Position numbers and translations under genes: made by a program. From the NCBI GenBank assembly GCA_038888155.1, contig JAWAJB010000003.1, positions 96,001 through 160,000 of the forward strand: a stretch of DNA of 64,000 bases. Reading direction: 5' to 3'. The stretch is from Desulfurococcaceae archaeon. Lineage in GTDB: Archaea; Thermoproteota; Thermoprotei_A; Sulfolobales; Desulfurococcaceae. Positions 50,268 through 59,577 of this stretch are shown one piece after another (position 1 is the first letter of the stretch; every line of letters begins with the position of its first letter). The notes beneath the pieces were generated by a model. The model was not told where the DNA came from, ran no database searches, and saw only the letters and a program-made list of their open reading frames with translations.

Positions 50268-51341
50268 ATGGAGCCACGACTATACGTAGCTACGCTGGCA
50301 TCGCTTTGGCTTGTTATAAACATTGTATATAAGCTTTACCTGCAAAGAGCGAAGTTCAGAAACCTCAGCGTTGACTTAAAGTACTGGTTTCTGCTTATAA
50401 TTAAGAGGCAGAGCTCGCCTGCTCCGTCGAGCAAGTACAGAGGTCCCTACATTGCGCTCAGCATACTCCTATACGCAGTAGCCTCTGCCCTCGCGTTCTA
50501 TACCCTAATATACACGTTGTACTCGGGTCTGTTTATGCAAGTTCGAGGAACAGTTGTACTAGTACCTGGGCTGAACATCACTGGCGAAGACCTCGTCTTC
50601 TTTCTACTTGCTGTAGGTATAGCTGTTTCTCTCCACGAGTACTTTCACGCTAAGCTGGCCTTGAAGGCAAATATACCAATTAAGTCCTACGGATTTGCGC
50701 TCGCTTTAATATTCCCCGCAGCCTTTGTTGAAATAGATGAGAGCTCCTTTGAGAGAGCCGCTAAAGTCGCAAAGGTAGGGATCCTAGCCGCTGGAGTGTC
50801 AATAAACTTAGTTCTATTTGGTCTCTCAGCGCTCCTTTTGAACTCGATTGCATCCCCAGCTGGTTTAACAGTCGTAGAAGTCGAGGAGGGTGGCCTCGCT
50901 TGGGCTAGCGGAATAAAGCAGTACGACATTATATACAGCATTAACAACACAGAGGCCACTCTAACCTCCCTAAGGGAGTACTTAAGCATTAACAGGACAG
51001 TGACATTAGAGCTTGAAGTGTACAGGCCTGGAGTAGGGTTCCTCAGCATAACGCTAGTGAAGGTCGCAACTGTTAACAGGCTAGGGGTGTATATCTCGTT
51101 AGCTCCGCCTAGGCAGCTCGCTTCACTAGTGCATCCAGCGGGGTTCATCACACTGTTCAAGCTCACTTACTGGAACTACGTAGTTAACTACAGCCTGGTG
51201 TTCCTCAACGCGCTACCGCTGTTCATAACTGACGGAGGCAGAGTTTTCAGAGAGGTCCTTGGCGATAAGCTAAGTAAAGCGGTAAACACGCTAGTGTTAA
51301 TTGTGCTGGCGGTATCCCTACTTGTGAGCTTGAGGCTTTAA
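50268..51341 (+). CDS. Site-2 protease (M50) with PDZ-like insert
   Basis: HEYFH, AFVE, AGV..N, NALP...TDGG. Confidence 0.92.
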   Translation: MEPRLYVATLASLWLVINIVYKLYLQRAKFRNLSVDLKYWFLLIIKRQSSPAPSSKYRGPYIALSILLYAVASALAFYTLIYTLYSGLFMQVRGTVVLVPGLNITGEDLVFFLLAVGIAVSLHEYFHAKLALKANIPIKSYGFALALIFPAAFVEIDESSFERAAKVAKVGILAAGVSINLVLFGLSALLLNSIASPAGLTVVEVEEGGLAWASGIKQYDIIYSINNTEATLTSLREYLSINRTVTLELEVYRPGVGFLSITLVKVATVNRLGVYISLAPPRQLASLVHPAGFITLFKLTYWNYVVNYSLVFLNALPLFITDGGRVFREVLGDKLSKAVNTLVLIVLAVSLLVSLRL

Positions 51342-51353
51342 ATAGCCATAGGT

Positions 51354-51641
51354 GCCCGCGGGCGAGCTTTACGCGCCAAGTAGGGCAACCCGCTAGAGCC
51401 TTCTCACACCGGCTCCCACCGGTGACCCATGAACGCTGGTGTCCAGGGTTAGGTTGCTCCCTTCCGGGCCTGGCCAGGTTCCCCCAGCTAAGGTGGTTGA
51501 CCCCCTCCCTCCAGAGGGAGCTCCACCTCCACCAGCCCCATGGGGCGGAGTTCACTGCCTGCATGTGAGGGATAGCGGGCGCCTCTACCTGACGCGTAAT
51601 TGTCTGCCCTGGTAGTCCAGGGCCTACCCCTACCCGCGGGC
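51354..51641 (-). ncRNA. ffs: Signal recognition particle (7S) RNA
   Basis: Helix 8 GCCAGGCCCGGAAGGGAGCAACC; terminal helix GCCCGCGGG/CCCGCGGGC; long helix 5; TTTATAAA box ~25 nt upstream. Confidence 0.95.
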
Positions 51642-51665
51642 TAATAAATAGTTTCTTTGAAGCTA

Positions 51666-51673
51666 TTTATAAA
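51666..51673 (-). promoter_or_regulatory. TATA box of SRP RNA gene
   Basis: TTTATAAA 25-32 nt upstream of the predicted SRP 5' end. Confidence 0.65.
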
Positions 51674-51698
51674 TCATCCTAGGAATTTAGAGTTTTAA

Positions 51699-52367
51699 TC
51701 ACGGTTTAACTGGTCTTAGGCAACCGCTCTCCAGAAAGTATTCCTCATCTACATCGAAGTGCGTGCTTAAGTCTACTGTCGTTATCAATGCTACAGCTCT
51801 TTCCTTCTCAACGAAGCTCTCTATGTAGCTGTGGACTATTTTCATTGTATCGTCGTCCAGGCTAGAGTAGGGCTCATCAGCGACGATCAGCCTCGGCCTC
51901 TTAACTAGAGCTCTCGCTACAGCGACTCTCTGCCTCTGGCCCCCAGAGAGCTGGCTGGGGTAGGAGTTTTCAAGGCCGTGTAGCCCAAGCGCCTCAACTA
52001 ACATCCTAACGGCCTCATTTCTCCTCTCCTTGTTCACCCCTATGATCTTTAACGGCAGCTCAATGTTTTCATAAACTGACAGCTCTGGGAGCAACTTACA
52101 GTCCTGATCAACGTAGCCCAGCTCCCTCAGCCTTATTGAGGCAACCATGGACTCGCCGAGCTTCCACACATCCAGTCCGCGGTAAAATACCGTTCCTATG
52201 TGTGGTTTTATCAGCATAGACGCGACTTTTGCAAGAGTTGTCTTACCAACGCCGCTTTTACCGCGAACGAGGGTAACCGTGCCTTCAACTAGCTCTAAGT
52301 CAACGCCCCTGAGAACGAACTCGCCGCTGTACCTAAGCCACACGTTGGATAACTTAAGATAGGACAT
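51699..52367 (-). CDS. ABC ATPase, LolD/MacB-like
   Basis: GKSGVGKTT, Q-loop, LSGGQRQR, IVADEP; H-switch reads TTVD. Confidence 0.92.
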   Translation of the reverse strand: MSYLKLSNVWLRYSGEFVLRGVDLELVEGTVTLVRGKSGVGKTTLAKVASMLIKPHIGTVFYRGLDVWKLGESMVASIRLRELGYVDQDCKLLPELSVYENIELPLKIIGVNKERRNEAVRMLVEALGLHGLENSYPSQLSGGQRQRVAVARALVKRPRLIVADEPYSSLDDDTMKIVHSYIESFVEKERAVALITTVDLSTHFDVDEEYFLESGCLRPVKP

Positions 52368-53835
52368 GCAGATAACCTGCGTTAAATACTACGCTCCTAC
52401 AGTTAGGTAAGCTAGAGGGTAGCTTTATAAAGTCCACGGGAGATATTGGCACGCCATATATGTAGTTGCCCCTAGATAGAACAGCGAGTCCGCGTTGTCT
52501 GCACAAATCTACAGCCGTTAGCGGAGATATCTCAACAACTTCAGGCACCATGTAGGCGTACTTCGGGTCGCCAGAGATAGGAGCATCAATCGCCTTTAAC
52601 TTTACGAGATCTCCGAGAACTACGTCGTACTCTCCATACCTCCAGTAGAAGGTATAGGGATCCTCGCCGAGAGTTACCGTGGCAGTGCATCCCGCTGTAA
52701 TTACTGCTAACAGTGTGAACACTGCTAAACTGGACCTAGAGTTGCTCTCGCCTAGGCTAATACTCATCAATATAAGGGCGAAGACGAGGTAGTTGGCAAC
52801 CCTGTGGACAATCCCAACTGCTTCAACCGCATAGGACAAAATATATAGAAATATTGTCGCAATAGGCAGTAGAACACCCGCTCTCAGTCTACCTGCGGGC
52901 AGTTCAGCAGACTTGTAGGTAGCGGAGGAAATCAAAGGAACAATGTATAGGGCAAATGGAACAACGCTGATAGGCGCTGTAACAGTGTAGAGAAGCGATA
53001 TAACTGCTGGGAGCGCGGCAAAGGCCATAAGTAAACTAGAGCCCAGCCTGCCGAGGAAAAGGTAGGCTAAGTACACAGCTACTGCGTATAAGCCGAGTGA
53101 GGACAGGTCGTAGGCCGACATCCTCAGGGGTAGCTTGGTTGTTGCAGTTGAATAGATCGCAAAGGCTGAAAATAGAAGCATGCAGCATACTAGATACCTG
53201 CTGCTCAATTCTAGGGGCTTTCTGGCTCTAATCTTCCACGCGAAGTCGGCGTAGGCAGCGCTGAAGAGCACAGCCGTGCACATAGCGCTTGCAAGGGGGT
53301 GGCTTAGTACTAAAGCCGTAGAAAGTATGGATAACGCCAGCCAGCCCCTCAACTTATTCTCACGAGATGCTGCAAGGTAGAGAATTAAGGGAATTAACGT
53401 ATAGCCGTAGAACTCTTTGAGGTATGCAGATGTATAAATAGCGAACGAGGGCATTGAAGATATAGCTAGTGAAGCTAGTAAGCGGGATCCGCGGATACTC
53501 GCTAACCTACCTGCAAAGGTGTAAACTAGCACAAACATTGCTGAAGAGAGCATAGCTACGCCGATAAACATGAAAAACCACTCTATAGGCACGCCAGTGA
53601 CGATGGCGTACACAACGCACTCTAGTGTTGAGAGTGGATACTCAGCGTGGTGGCCGAAAGCTTCCGCTAGAGAGTATATGCCTAAGTTAGGGTTTTCTAG
53701 GACGCGCCTCGCTAAATGTACAAGAGGCCATACGTCGTTTGAGAAGAAAGTGCCCGTGTAAATACTCGGCAGTAGCCTAATTAAAGCAGTAAAGAGGAGA
53801 ATTGCCACAATAGGAACCAATCCGCTAAACTTCAA
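52354..53835 (-). CDS. Polytopic membrane protein, GT-C-like
   Basis: >10 TM; first loop SNDVW...YP, internal KE and LSHP motifs, soluble C-terminal tail. Confidence 0.6.
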   Translation of the reverse strand: MKFSGLVPIVAILLFTALIRLLPSIYTGTFFSNDVWPLVHLARRVLENPNLGIYSLAEAFGHHAEYPLSTLECVVYAIVTGVPIEWFFMFIGVAMLSSAMFVLVYTFAGRLASIRGSRLLASLAISSMPSFAIYTSAYLKEFYGYTLIPLILYLAASRENKLRGWLALSILSTALVLSHPLASAMCTAVLFSAAYADFAWKIRARKPLELSSRYLVCCMLLFSAFAIYSTATTKLPLRMSAYDLSSLGLYAVAVYLAYLFLGRLGSSLLMAFAALPAVISLLYTVTAPISVVPFALYIVPLISSATYKSAELPAGRLRAGVLLPIATIFLYILSYAVEAVGIVHRVANYLVFALILMSISLGESNSRSSLAVFTLLAVITAGCTATVTLGEDPYTFYWRYGEYDVVLGDLVKLKAIDAPISGDPKYAYMVPEVVEISPLTAVDLCRQRGLAVLSRGNYIYGVPISPVDFIKLPSSLPNCRSVVFNAGYLHVLS

Positions 53836-54919
53836 GGGCTCTTACCCCTCGAACGGCTCCTACTGCACATAGAGTGTAGTTGGCTACGGCTGTGTAGACA
53901 ACGCTCTGGATGCCTATTTCTAAGGGTATAGAGTAGTCCAAGAAAATTAGCGGCGGCATTAAATTTAGGCTGTACACTGCCAGGGACAGCACTACAGAGA
54001 TGAGTGTTAATACAGCTGTAAAAGAAAGCAGCACAAATACAAGGGCCCTCCTCGAAGCTCCTAGGGCTACAAATAGCTTCAACTCTCCGCGAAGGGCCTC
54101 CGCTATCCCTAACCCCAGTACAGGCAGGCCTAGAAGTGCTACTACAGATATTGAGTAGGCTGCGTAAATTATGTAATCCCTGTAGATCCCTAGCTTAAGG
54201 AAGTAAATCTCCGTTGGGCTTTCAGCGCCTCTTAGCTCAAAGATATCTCCTCTGCGAATTGCTACAAGGAAGGCCCTCCTAATTAGCCCCTCTAAATGTT
54301 GCTCGGCTTCAAGCCCTAAAGCCCTATAAACTTCATTTAAAGCGGTATTATCGTAGATGTACGCTACGGCAAAGCTGTAGTAACCTGGCTTAACGCCTCG
54401 AAGCCTAGCTATAGTAGAGTAGCTAACGCCGAGACCCGGTTTATCACCAATGCCGCACACTCTAAGGATTAAGACCTCACCGGTAAAAAGTGATTGAATA
54501 GGCAGGAAGCTACCCACAGCTGGGCCAACTCTACTTAGCACGCTTGTACTTGGGTAGAGGCATGTATCGTTGGCGATAGGCGTCTCGTAAAGCACAGTTG
54601 GTTCGCCGCCTAGAAGCCCAACAGTTATGAAGATTGGCTGTATCTCTACTTTGTCAACGGCGCTTAACTTTCCCTTGATGTACTCAAAGTTTATTAACGA
54701 TGTAAAAGGAGAAATAGCATCGCTAGATATAATGATAGTAGAGGTAGCAGCGGCGTCTCGAGGGTAGAATACATCGTACACTCTAGACAGAGAGCTTACG
54801 TAGCCAATCGCGTAGAGCGACAGCGTTGATAAAGCTGTAGAGACGAGAAGGGCGAGCACAAATAGGCTGACCTTTTTACTGAGAAGATATATTAGGATTG
54901 CCCTAAAGCAGCTTAACAC
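53825..54919 (-). CDS. FtsX/MacB-like ABC permease
   Basis: 1 TM + extracellular domain + 3 TM; RGELKLFVALGASRR equals the R.EI...ALGA motif. Confidence 0.75.
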   Translation of the reverse strand: MLSCFRAILIYLLSKKVSLFVLALLVSTALSTLSLYAIGYVSSLSRVYDVFYPRDAAATSTIIISSDAISPFTSLINFEYIKGKLSAVDKVEIQPIFITVGLLGGEPTVLYETPIANDTCLYPSTSVLSRVGPAVGSFLPIQSLFTGEVLILRVCGIGDKPGLGVSYSTIARLRGVKPGYYSFAVAYIYDNTALNEVYRALGLEAEQHLEGLIRRAFLVAIRRGDIFELRGAESPTEIYFLKLGIYRDYIIYAAYSISVVALLGLPVLGLGIAEALRGELKLFVALGASRRALVFVLLSFTAVLTLISVVLSLAVYSLNLMPPLIFLDYSIPLEIGIQSVVYTAVANYTLCAVGAVRGVRALEV

Positions 54920-55832
54920 CTCTAACCTCCCTCAAACTTATTACAATAGACACCAAAAGTGAGATACAAAGTACTTCAATCACCGCGAAAGCAATTGAGG
55001 TTTGTAGCAGTAGTGGTAGAGCAGGCCAATATAGGCTTATCAGCTTGTGTAGAGCGTTGAGAGCCACTGCACTTAGTGAGAGGAGGAAGACTGCTATCAA
55101 TGAAGATACAGTGAAGGAAGCAACAGTGAATCCTAGGGCAAGCTTTCCTCTACTGACGCCTAGATTAATCAAGGCAGTAAATTCCTCGCTGAGTATTCGC
55201 TGAACTCTCATTACAGCTAAGTAGGCCATTGGAATGTAGGCGAGGAATAAAGTGTTTAGCCAAGCCGTAGATGTCTCCCTAAGGCTTTCCTCTACGTATG
55301 CCAAAGCTCGCTTAAAAACGTCAGCCTGAGTTGCACTACAGAGCTTGACTCTACTTTCAACAGACATAAAGCCTACCTGTATAACGGCGTAAATGCCCTC
55401 GTGAACGTGTGAAACGCACTTCTCTACGTCCCCAATAACAACGTACTCGCCGCGGTGCTTTTCGTACACATCAGCTGGAATAGATATGAAATCGCAGTTT
55501 TCAGCAACTGCCTTAAAATCGACAAGGCCACTTCGTAGAAAATCCTCAGGGGTTGCAACTAGGGGCAGCTCAACGCTACCTATACGGGCAATGCCTGCTA
55601 TTTGCAAATCAAAGCAGCTATCGCGCCCATTAAAAACAACTAGCTTTATGCACTCCACGCTGCTTTGTTGCGGAACTGTATCTACAAATACAGTTAGGCT
55701 TGGGACAGAGAGCAGAACTGCCGACAGCAATAAGGGGGGCGCAAAAGCGGCAATTAAGACTTTATATGCGCCTTTCCTAAAGATAGATAGAAGAATTGCA
55801 GAGATAATCCCTCTCAATTTCACACTCAGCAA
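54903..55832 (-). CDS. FtsX/MacB-like ABC permease (second paralogue)
   Basis: Same topology; EEFTALINLGVSRGK motif. Confidence 0.7.
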   Translation of the reverse strand: MLSVKLRGIISAILLSIFRKGAYKVLIAAFAPPLLLSAVLLSVPSLTVFVDTVPQQSSVECIKLVVFNGRDSCFDLQIAGIARIGSVELPLVATPEDFLRSGLVDFKAVAENCDFISIPADVYEKHRGEYVVIGDVEKCVSHVHEGIYAVIQVGFMSVESRVKLCSATQADVFKRALAYVEESLRETSTAWLNTLFLAYIPMAYLAVMRVQRILSEEFTALINLGVSRGKLALGFTVASFTVSSLIAVFLLSLSAVALNALHKLISLYWPALPLLLQTSIAFAVIEVLCISLLVSIVISLREVRGVKLL

Positions 55833-55861
55833 ACCCCCACAGTAAACATGTTAGGCAAAAG

Positions 55862-56779
55862 CTACGCGCTAGATCTATTAATTAGCTCTTTTATTAAACG
55901 CCTTATCCTCAGCTCCATTCGCTTGAGATACATTGATAGAATCGCCAGCATGAACGCCTGAAGTCCCGCTATAGTTAAGAACACAGCCACTAAGCCCTTA
56001 ACGTAGTAGTTTATCCCAGTAAAAAAGTAGTGGTAGGCTACATATCCCCCTATTATGAGCCCGGGAATAACTATTGTGCTGGCACACATTAGCAACATCG
56101 TGACCGGGCTATACCTCCACGCTAGCCTTACGATATCTATTGCTATCTGAAGCCCACTAAAAGCGGTAAGCTTCTTTCTACCAAGCCTTTTCCTGTACTC
56201 AATTCCGTACTCGTAGTAAGGTATTCCCTCCCCTACTACGTGGGCAACTAACTCTACCTCAATGCTAAAGTTCTTTGTCTCGAACAGCATGTCCCTGAAC
56301 TCATCAATGTTGAGCAGGTACATGCCAGTACAAACGTCATATAAGTTGCCGCCAATTAAGACGTTGAATAAGTTGGTTAGAAGCCAATTACCAAGCCTAT
56401 TCAAAATAGGTATGTTCTCCCTTCCGTACACCCTCTTGCCTGAAACGAATGAGATGCCCCTCTCTTTAGCTTCTTTAAGCAAAGTAGGTATGAACTTAGC
56501 TGGGTAAGTGTAGTCGCCGTCCATAACCAGTACGTACTTTGTTGAAACACGCCTCAGCCCGGTTCTAATAGCATCGCTTTTGCCGTTGCCCTCTTGCTCA
56601 ACCAGCACTACCCCTCTGCTCTTCACAATCTCAGCTGTCCCATCAGTGCTGTGCCCATCAACAACGATAACCCTCTCCCTAGGAACACCTACCGATAAAA
56701 CCTCATCTAAAACCCTCCCAATTGCCTCCTCTTCGTTTTTTACAGGAATAAGCACTGTAATGTCTTCTAGGTAACTCAT
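55862..56779 (-). CDS. GT2 polyprenol-phosphate glycosyltransferase (DPM1/GtrB-like) with two C-terminal TMs
   Basis: LIPVKNEE, VVDGHSTDGT, GK..AI, MDGDYTYP, G.R, D..TG, F.IEVE, R.G..KL. Confidence 0.9.
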   Translation of the reverse strand: MSYLEDITVLIPVKNEEEAIGRVLDEVLSVGVPRERVIVVDGHSTDGTAEIVKSRGVVLVEQEGNGKSDAIRTGLRRVSTKYVLVMDGDYTYPAKFIPTLLKEAKERGISFVSGKRVYGRENIPILNRLGNWLLTNLFNVLIGGNLYDVCTGMYLLNIDEFRDMLFETKNFSIEVELVAHVVGEGIPYYEYGIEYRKRLGRKKLTAFSGLQIAIDIVRLAWRYSPVTMLLMCASTIVIPGLIIGGYVAYHYFFTGINYYVKGLVAVFLTIAGLQAFMLAILSMYLKRMELRIRRLIKELINRSSA

Positions 56780-56906
56780 TTCAGCCCCTCTGACATTAAT
56801 TTAGTAGCTCGCAGAATTAAAAAATCTATTTACATCCATGCAGGGGAGCGTTGAAAAGGCCGTCCTACACTTGCTGAGCGAGCGCATTGGCGCTTATAAC
56901 AATTAG

Positions 56907-56931
56907 GTCTCTATAAGCAATTAATAGAGAC
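56907..56931. promoter_or_regulatory. Inverted repeat GTCTCTAT-N9-ATAGAGAC between divergent operons
   Basis: Perfect 8-bp arms directly upstream of TATA-like TTTAAGTA (56932-56939). Confidence 0.5.
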
Positions 56932-56989
56932 TTTAAGTACACGAAGTCCAAGTTTGAAGTCTTCACCCTGTGTTCATTGGTGTTGTCAA

Positions 56990-58630
56990 TTGGCATCCAG
57001 AGTGGACTACGAGAAAGGCATAGTTGCAGGGTATTTGGCAATTATATCTATTGTAGCTTTAATGGCCCAAGGTACTTACAGAGAGTACATTGAGTCCGCC
57101 CTCAGGCTTATGTTCTCTGAAGACTACAGCTACTTGCTAGTTGTACTTACACTAGTTATTTACGCTATTTACTCCTATATAAAGCGCGCAGGCTTTACAA
57201 GTGAAATACAGCTTAGTAGACTGCTTGTATCTCTTCTCTTAGCTGTAAGCTCTATTGCACTGTACTACGCCTCTAAGTTAACAGTAGAGCTCTCTCTACA
57301 CGTGCTTGGATTAAGCTTCGCCGCTGCAGTTGTATCTGTATTGATTATACTATTCAAACCAGCAAATATTGGAGAAGCCACTTTATTTTTAACCCCCCTT
57401 CTCACTGCGCCCATTCCAGCTAATGTCGTAGACGCAATTACGATAGGGCTCTCTAAATTTCTAGGCGCGCTAGTAGCTACCTCTACAGGCGCTAGACTTA
57501 TAAGCACTGACGATCTCTCCCTAATTGAGGTCGAGACAAGCCAGGGCGCTATCACAGTTAGCGTTGAGGCAACATGTAGCGGAATCCCGTTGCTTAGCGC
57601 AGTAGTGGCGACTATTGCGATATTACCGCACTACCTTGCTTCAACCCGCGAGAACGCGCTCAAGAAGCTTAGGACATCGCTAGTAGCCCTGTTGATTAGC
57701 CTCTCTATAGGACTCGTTGGAAGCTATGCGAGGGGGGCGCTCATTGTATTAGTTGCGAGATGTTGCGGTGTAGACGCTGCAATTGCCTCCCTCTGCTACA
57801 TGCCCTCAGCAATTTACGCGGCACTCTCAGCTTCTCTAGCCTATGCCTTGATCAAAAGATCAGCTGGAGTGAACTCAGCGCAGGCAAGTACAAGCAGAAA
57901 ATTCTTGAATTTCGAGTACATGACCTTGACGGTAGCAATAGCAGTAGCAGTTATGATGCTAATACAGGGCTTGACTTTTATAGGGGCAGGCAACAGCTAC
58001 ATGCGTAGTAGTATTGCAGTTGGAGCAAATGCCTTTAGTGAAGTGCTAAAAAACCCAATCGCGCATTTTTTTAGCAACAAGGCAGAAGTTATAGACTCAG
58101 CGCACGATGTCCTTCTAACTAGGGCCATGGGGGCTATATCCCTTTACAGAGTGAGCGCTACAGTTAACAGCACGCAGTATCTTGGATTTGTAGAGTTAGT
58201 GGATACTCCTGCAAGATTGCACACACTGCAGCTGTGTTTAAGGCTTCAGGGCTTCAGCGTGATAACATCTTGGGGAGAGCTTTACAAGTCCCTTCAACTG
58301 GGGTACATTATCGTGGAGAAAGAAAACACCAAGTACATTCTACTATATACCTTGCTTCCCGTTGAATTTCAAGCCCCAGGAGAAAGCCAGGCGCTCTACG
58401 CAAGGATTTCAATATTCAAGCCGTACAGAGGCGTTCAAGACTTAGAGTCTGTTAGAGCAGACTTACTGGAAGCGATAAGCATTAAAATCAGCCATGAGGC
58501 TGTAAGCCCGTGGAGCAACACTATAGGCGCCTTCAGCTTATCTATTGTAGCTTTATTTATTTCGCTTGTACTGTATTCTCTCATGGTTTACGCATACAGG
58601 TATATTCACCTAAAGGGGGCTAGACCTTGA
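56990..58630 (+). CDS. Exosortase/archaeosortase-family protein fused to an EpsI-like domain
   Basis: Multi-TM domain with VEATCSG (catalytic Cys) and downstream Arg (SYAR), then an extracellular domain with ARLHTLQLCLRLQGF (H...C....G motif of EpsI), and a C-terminal TM; TTG at 56990 after GGTG. Confidence 0.8.
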   Translation: MASRVDYEKGIVAGYLAIISIVALMAQGTYREYIESALRLMFSEDYSYLLVVLTLVIYAIYSYIKRAGFTSEIQLSRLLVSLLLAVSSIALYYASKLTVELSLHVLGLSFAAAVVSVLIILFKPANIGEATLFLTPLLTAPIPANVVDAITIGLSKFLGALVATSTGARLISTDDLSLIEVETSQGAITVSVEATCSGIPLLSAVVATIAILPHYLASTRENALKKLRTSLVALLISLSIGLVGSYARGALIVLVARCCGVDAAIASLCYMPSAIYAALSASLAYALIKRSAGVNSAQASTSRKFLNFEYMTLTVAIAVAVMMLIQGLTFIGAGNSYMRSSIAVGANAFSEVLKNPIAHFFSNKAEVIDSAHDVLLTRAMGAISLYRVSATVNSTQYLGFVELVDTPARLHTLQLCLRLQGFSVITSWGELYKSLQLGYIIVEKENTKYILLYTLLPVEFQAPGESQALYARISIFKPYRGVQDLESVRADLLEAISIKISHEAVSPWSNTIGAFSLSIVALFISLVLYSLMVYAYRYIHLKGARP

Positions 58631-59577
58631 GCGCGTTTGACTTCGACAAGATAAGGGAAACGCTTAGAGAAGTTGTCAGCGCTATTTCAAAAGTACACGT
58701 TGGCAAACAGGATATAGTAAAGTACGCAGTCGCAACCCTCCTTGCGGGTGGACATCTACTAATTGAGGGCTACCCTGGAACTGGGAAAACACTGTTAGCT
58801 AAGGCGCTCGCCAAAGCAATAAGCGGTGAGTATCGGAGGGTGCAAGGCCACCCAGATATACTACCCAGCGACATTATTGGTTTCCATATGTATAGGCCTG
58901 GCGGCGAAAGGATATTTATAAAAGGACCAATATTTACTAACATACTGCTTTTCGACGAGTTGAACAGGACTCCAACGAGAACTCAGGCTTCACTGCTAGA
59001 GGCCTTGCAGGAATACCAAGTAACAGTGGATGGGATATCATACCCAATCTCGAGGCCGTTCATGCTTATTGCCACCCAAGTCGCAGAGAAGCACGCTGTA
59101 GGCTCGTATAAAGTTATGGAGACCTTGGCCGATAGGTTTACACTGAAGCTCTCCAGCTACTACAACCCTCCCGAAGAGGAAGCTGAAATAGTCGCCAAGG
59201 CCGATGCAATCTCATCTCTCCCAATAGAGCCCGTGATAAGTCTTGAGGACCTCAAAGCCATTTATGAATCTCTGCCAAGTGTCGTTGAGGTAAGCCCCCA
59301 TGTAATCGATTATATTGTCAGACTAGTAAACTATGTTAGGTCGCACCCCTCAGTTGCCTACGGGCCATCGCATCGCGCCACAATAGATATTGCAAGGCTC
59401 TCAAGGCCGCTAGCCCTTCTCGATGGGCGAGATTACGTAATACCGGATGACGTGAAGTCTATCTTTGTAGGCACAGTTGCACATAGAGTAAAGTTAAAAG
59501 AGGAGCACGAGCTTGAGGGGTTAACCGCAGAACCAATTATGCTGGAGGCACTGAATAATGTCCCAACTCCAAAGTAG
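58627..59577 (+). CDS. moxR: MoxR-family AAA+ ATPase
   Basis: GHLLIEGYPGTGKT, RVQ..PDILPSD, KGPIF, DELNR.P...Q..LLEALQE.QVT, DRF, GRDYV.PDDVK, HR. Confidence 0.95.
   Translation: MSAFDFDKIRETLREVVSAISKVHVGKQDIVKYAVATLLAGGHLLIEGYPGTGKTLLAKALAKAISGEYRRVQGHPDILPSDIIGFHMYRPGGERIFIKGPIFTNILLFDELNRTPTRTQASLLEALQEYQVTVDGISYPISRPFMLIATQVAEKHAVGSYKVMETLADRFTLKLSSYYNPPEEEAEIVAKADAISSLPIEPVISLEDLKAIYESLPSVVEVSPHVIDYIVRLVNYVRSHPSVAYGPSHRATIDIARLSRPLALLDGRDYVIPDDVKSIFVGTVAHRVKLKEEHELEGLTAEPIMLEALNNVPTPK

Noticed and set aside
51247-51564. 105-aa ORF on the minus strand
   Set aside because: Overlaps the SRP RNA; an artefact of its GC-rich sequence
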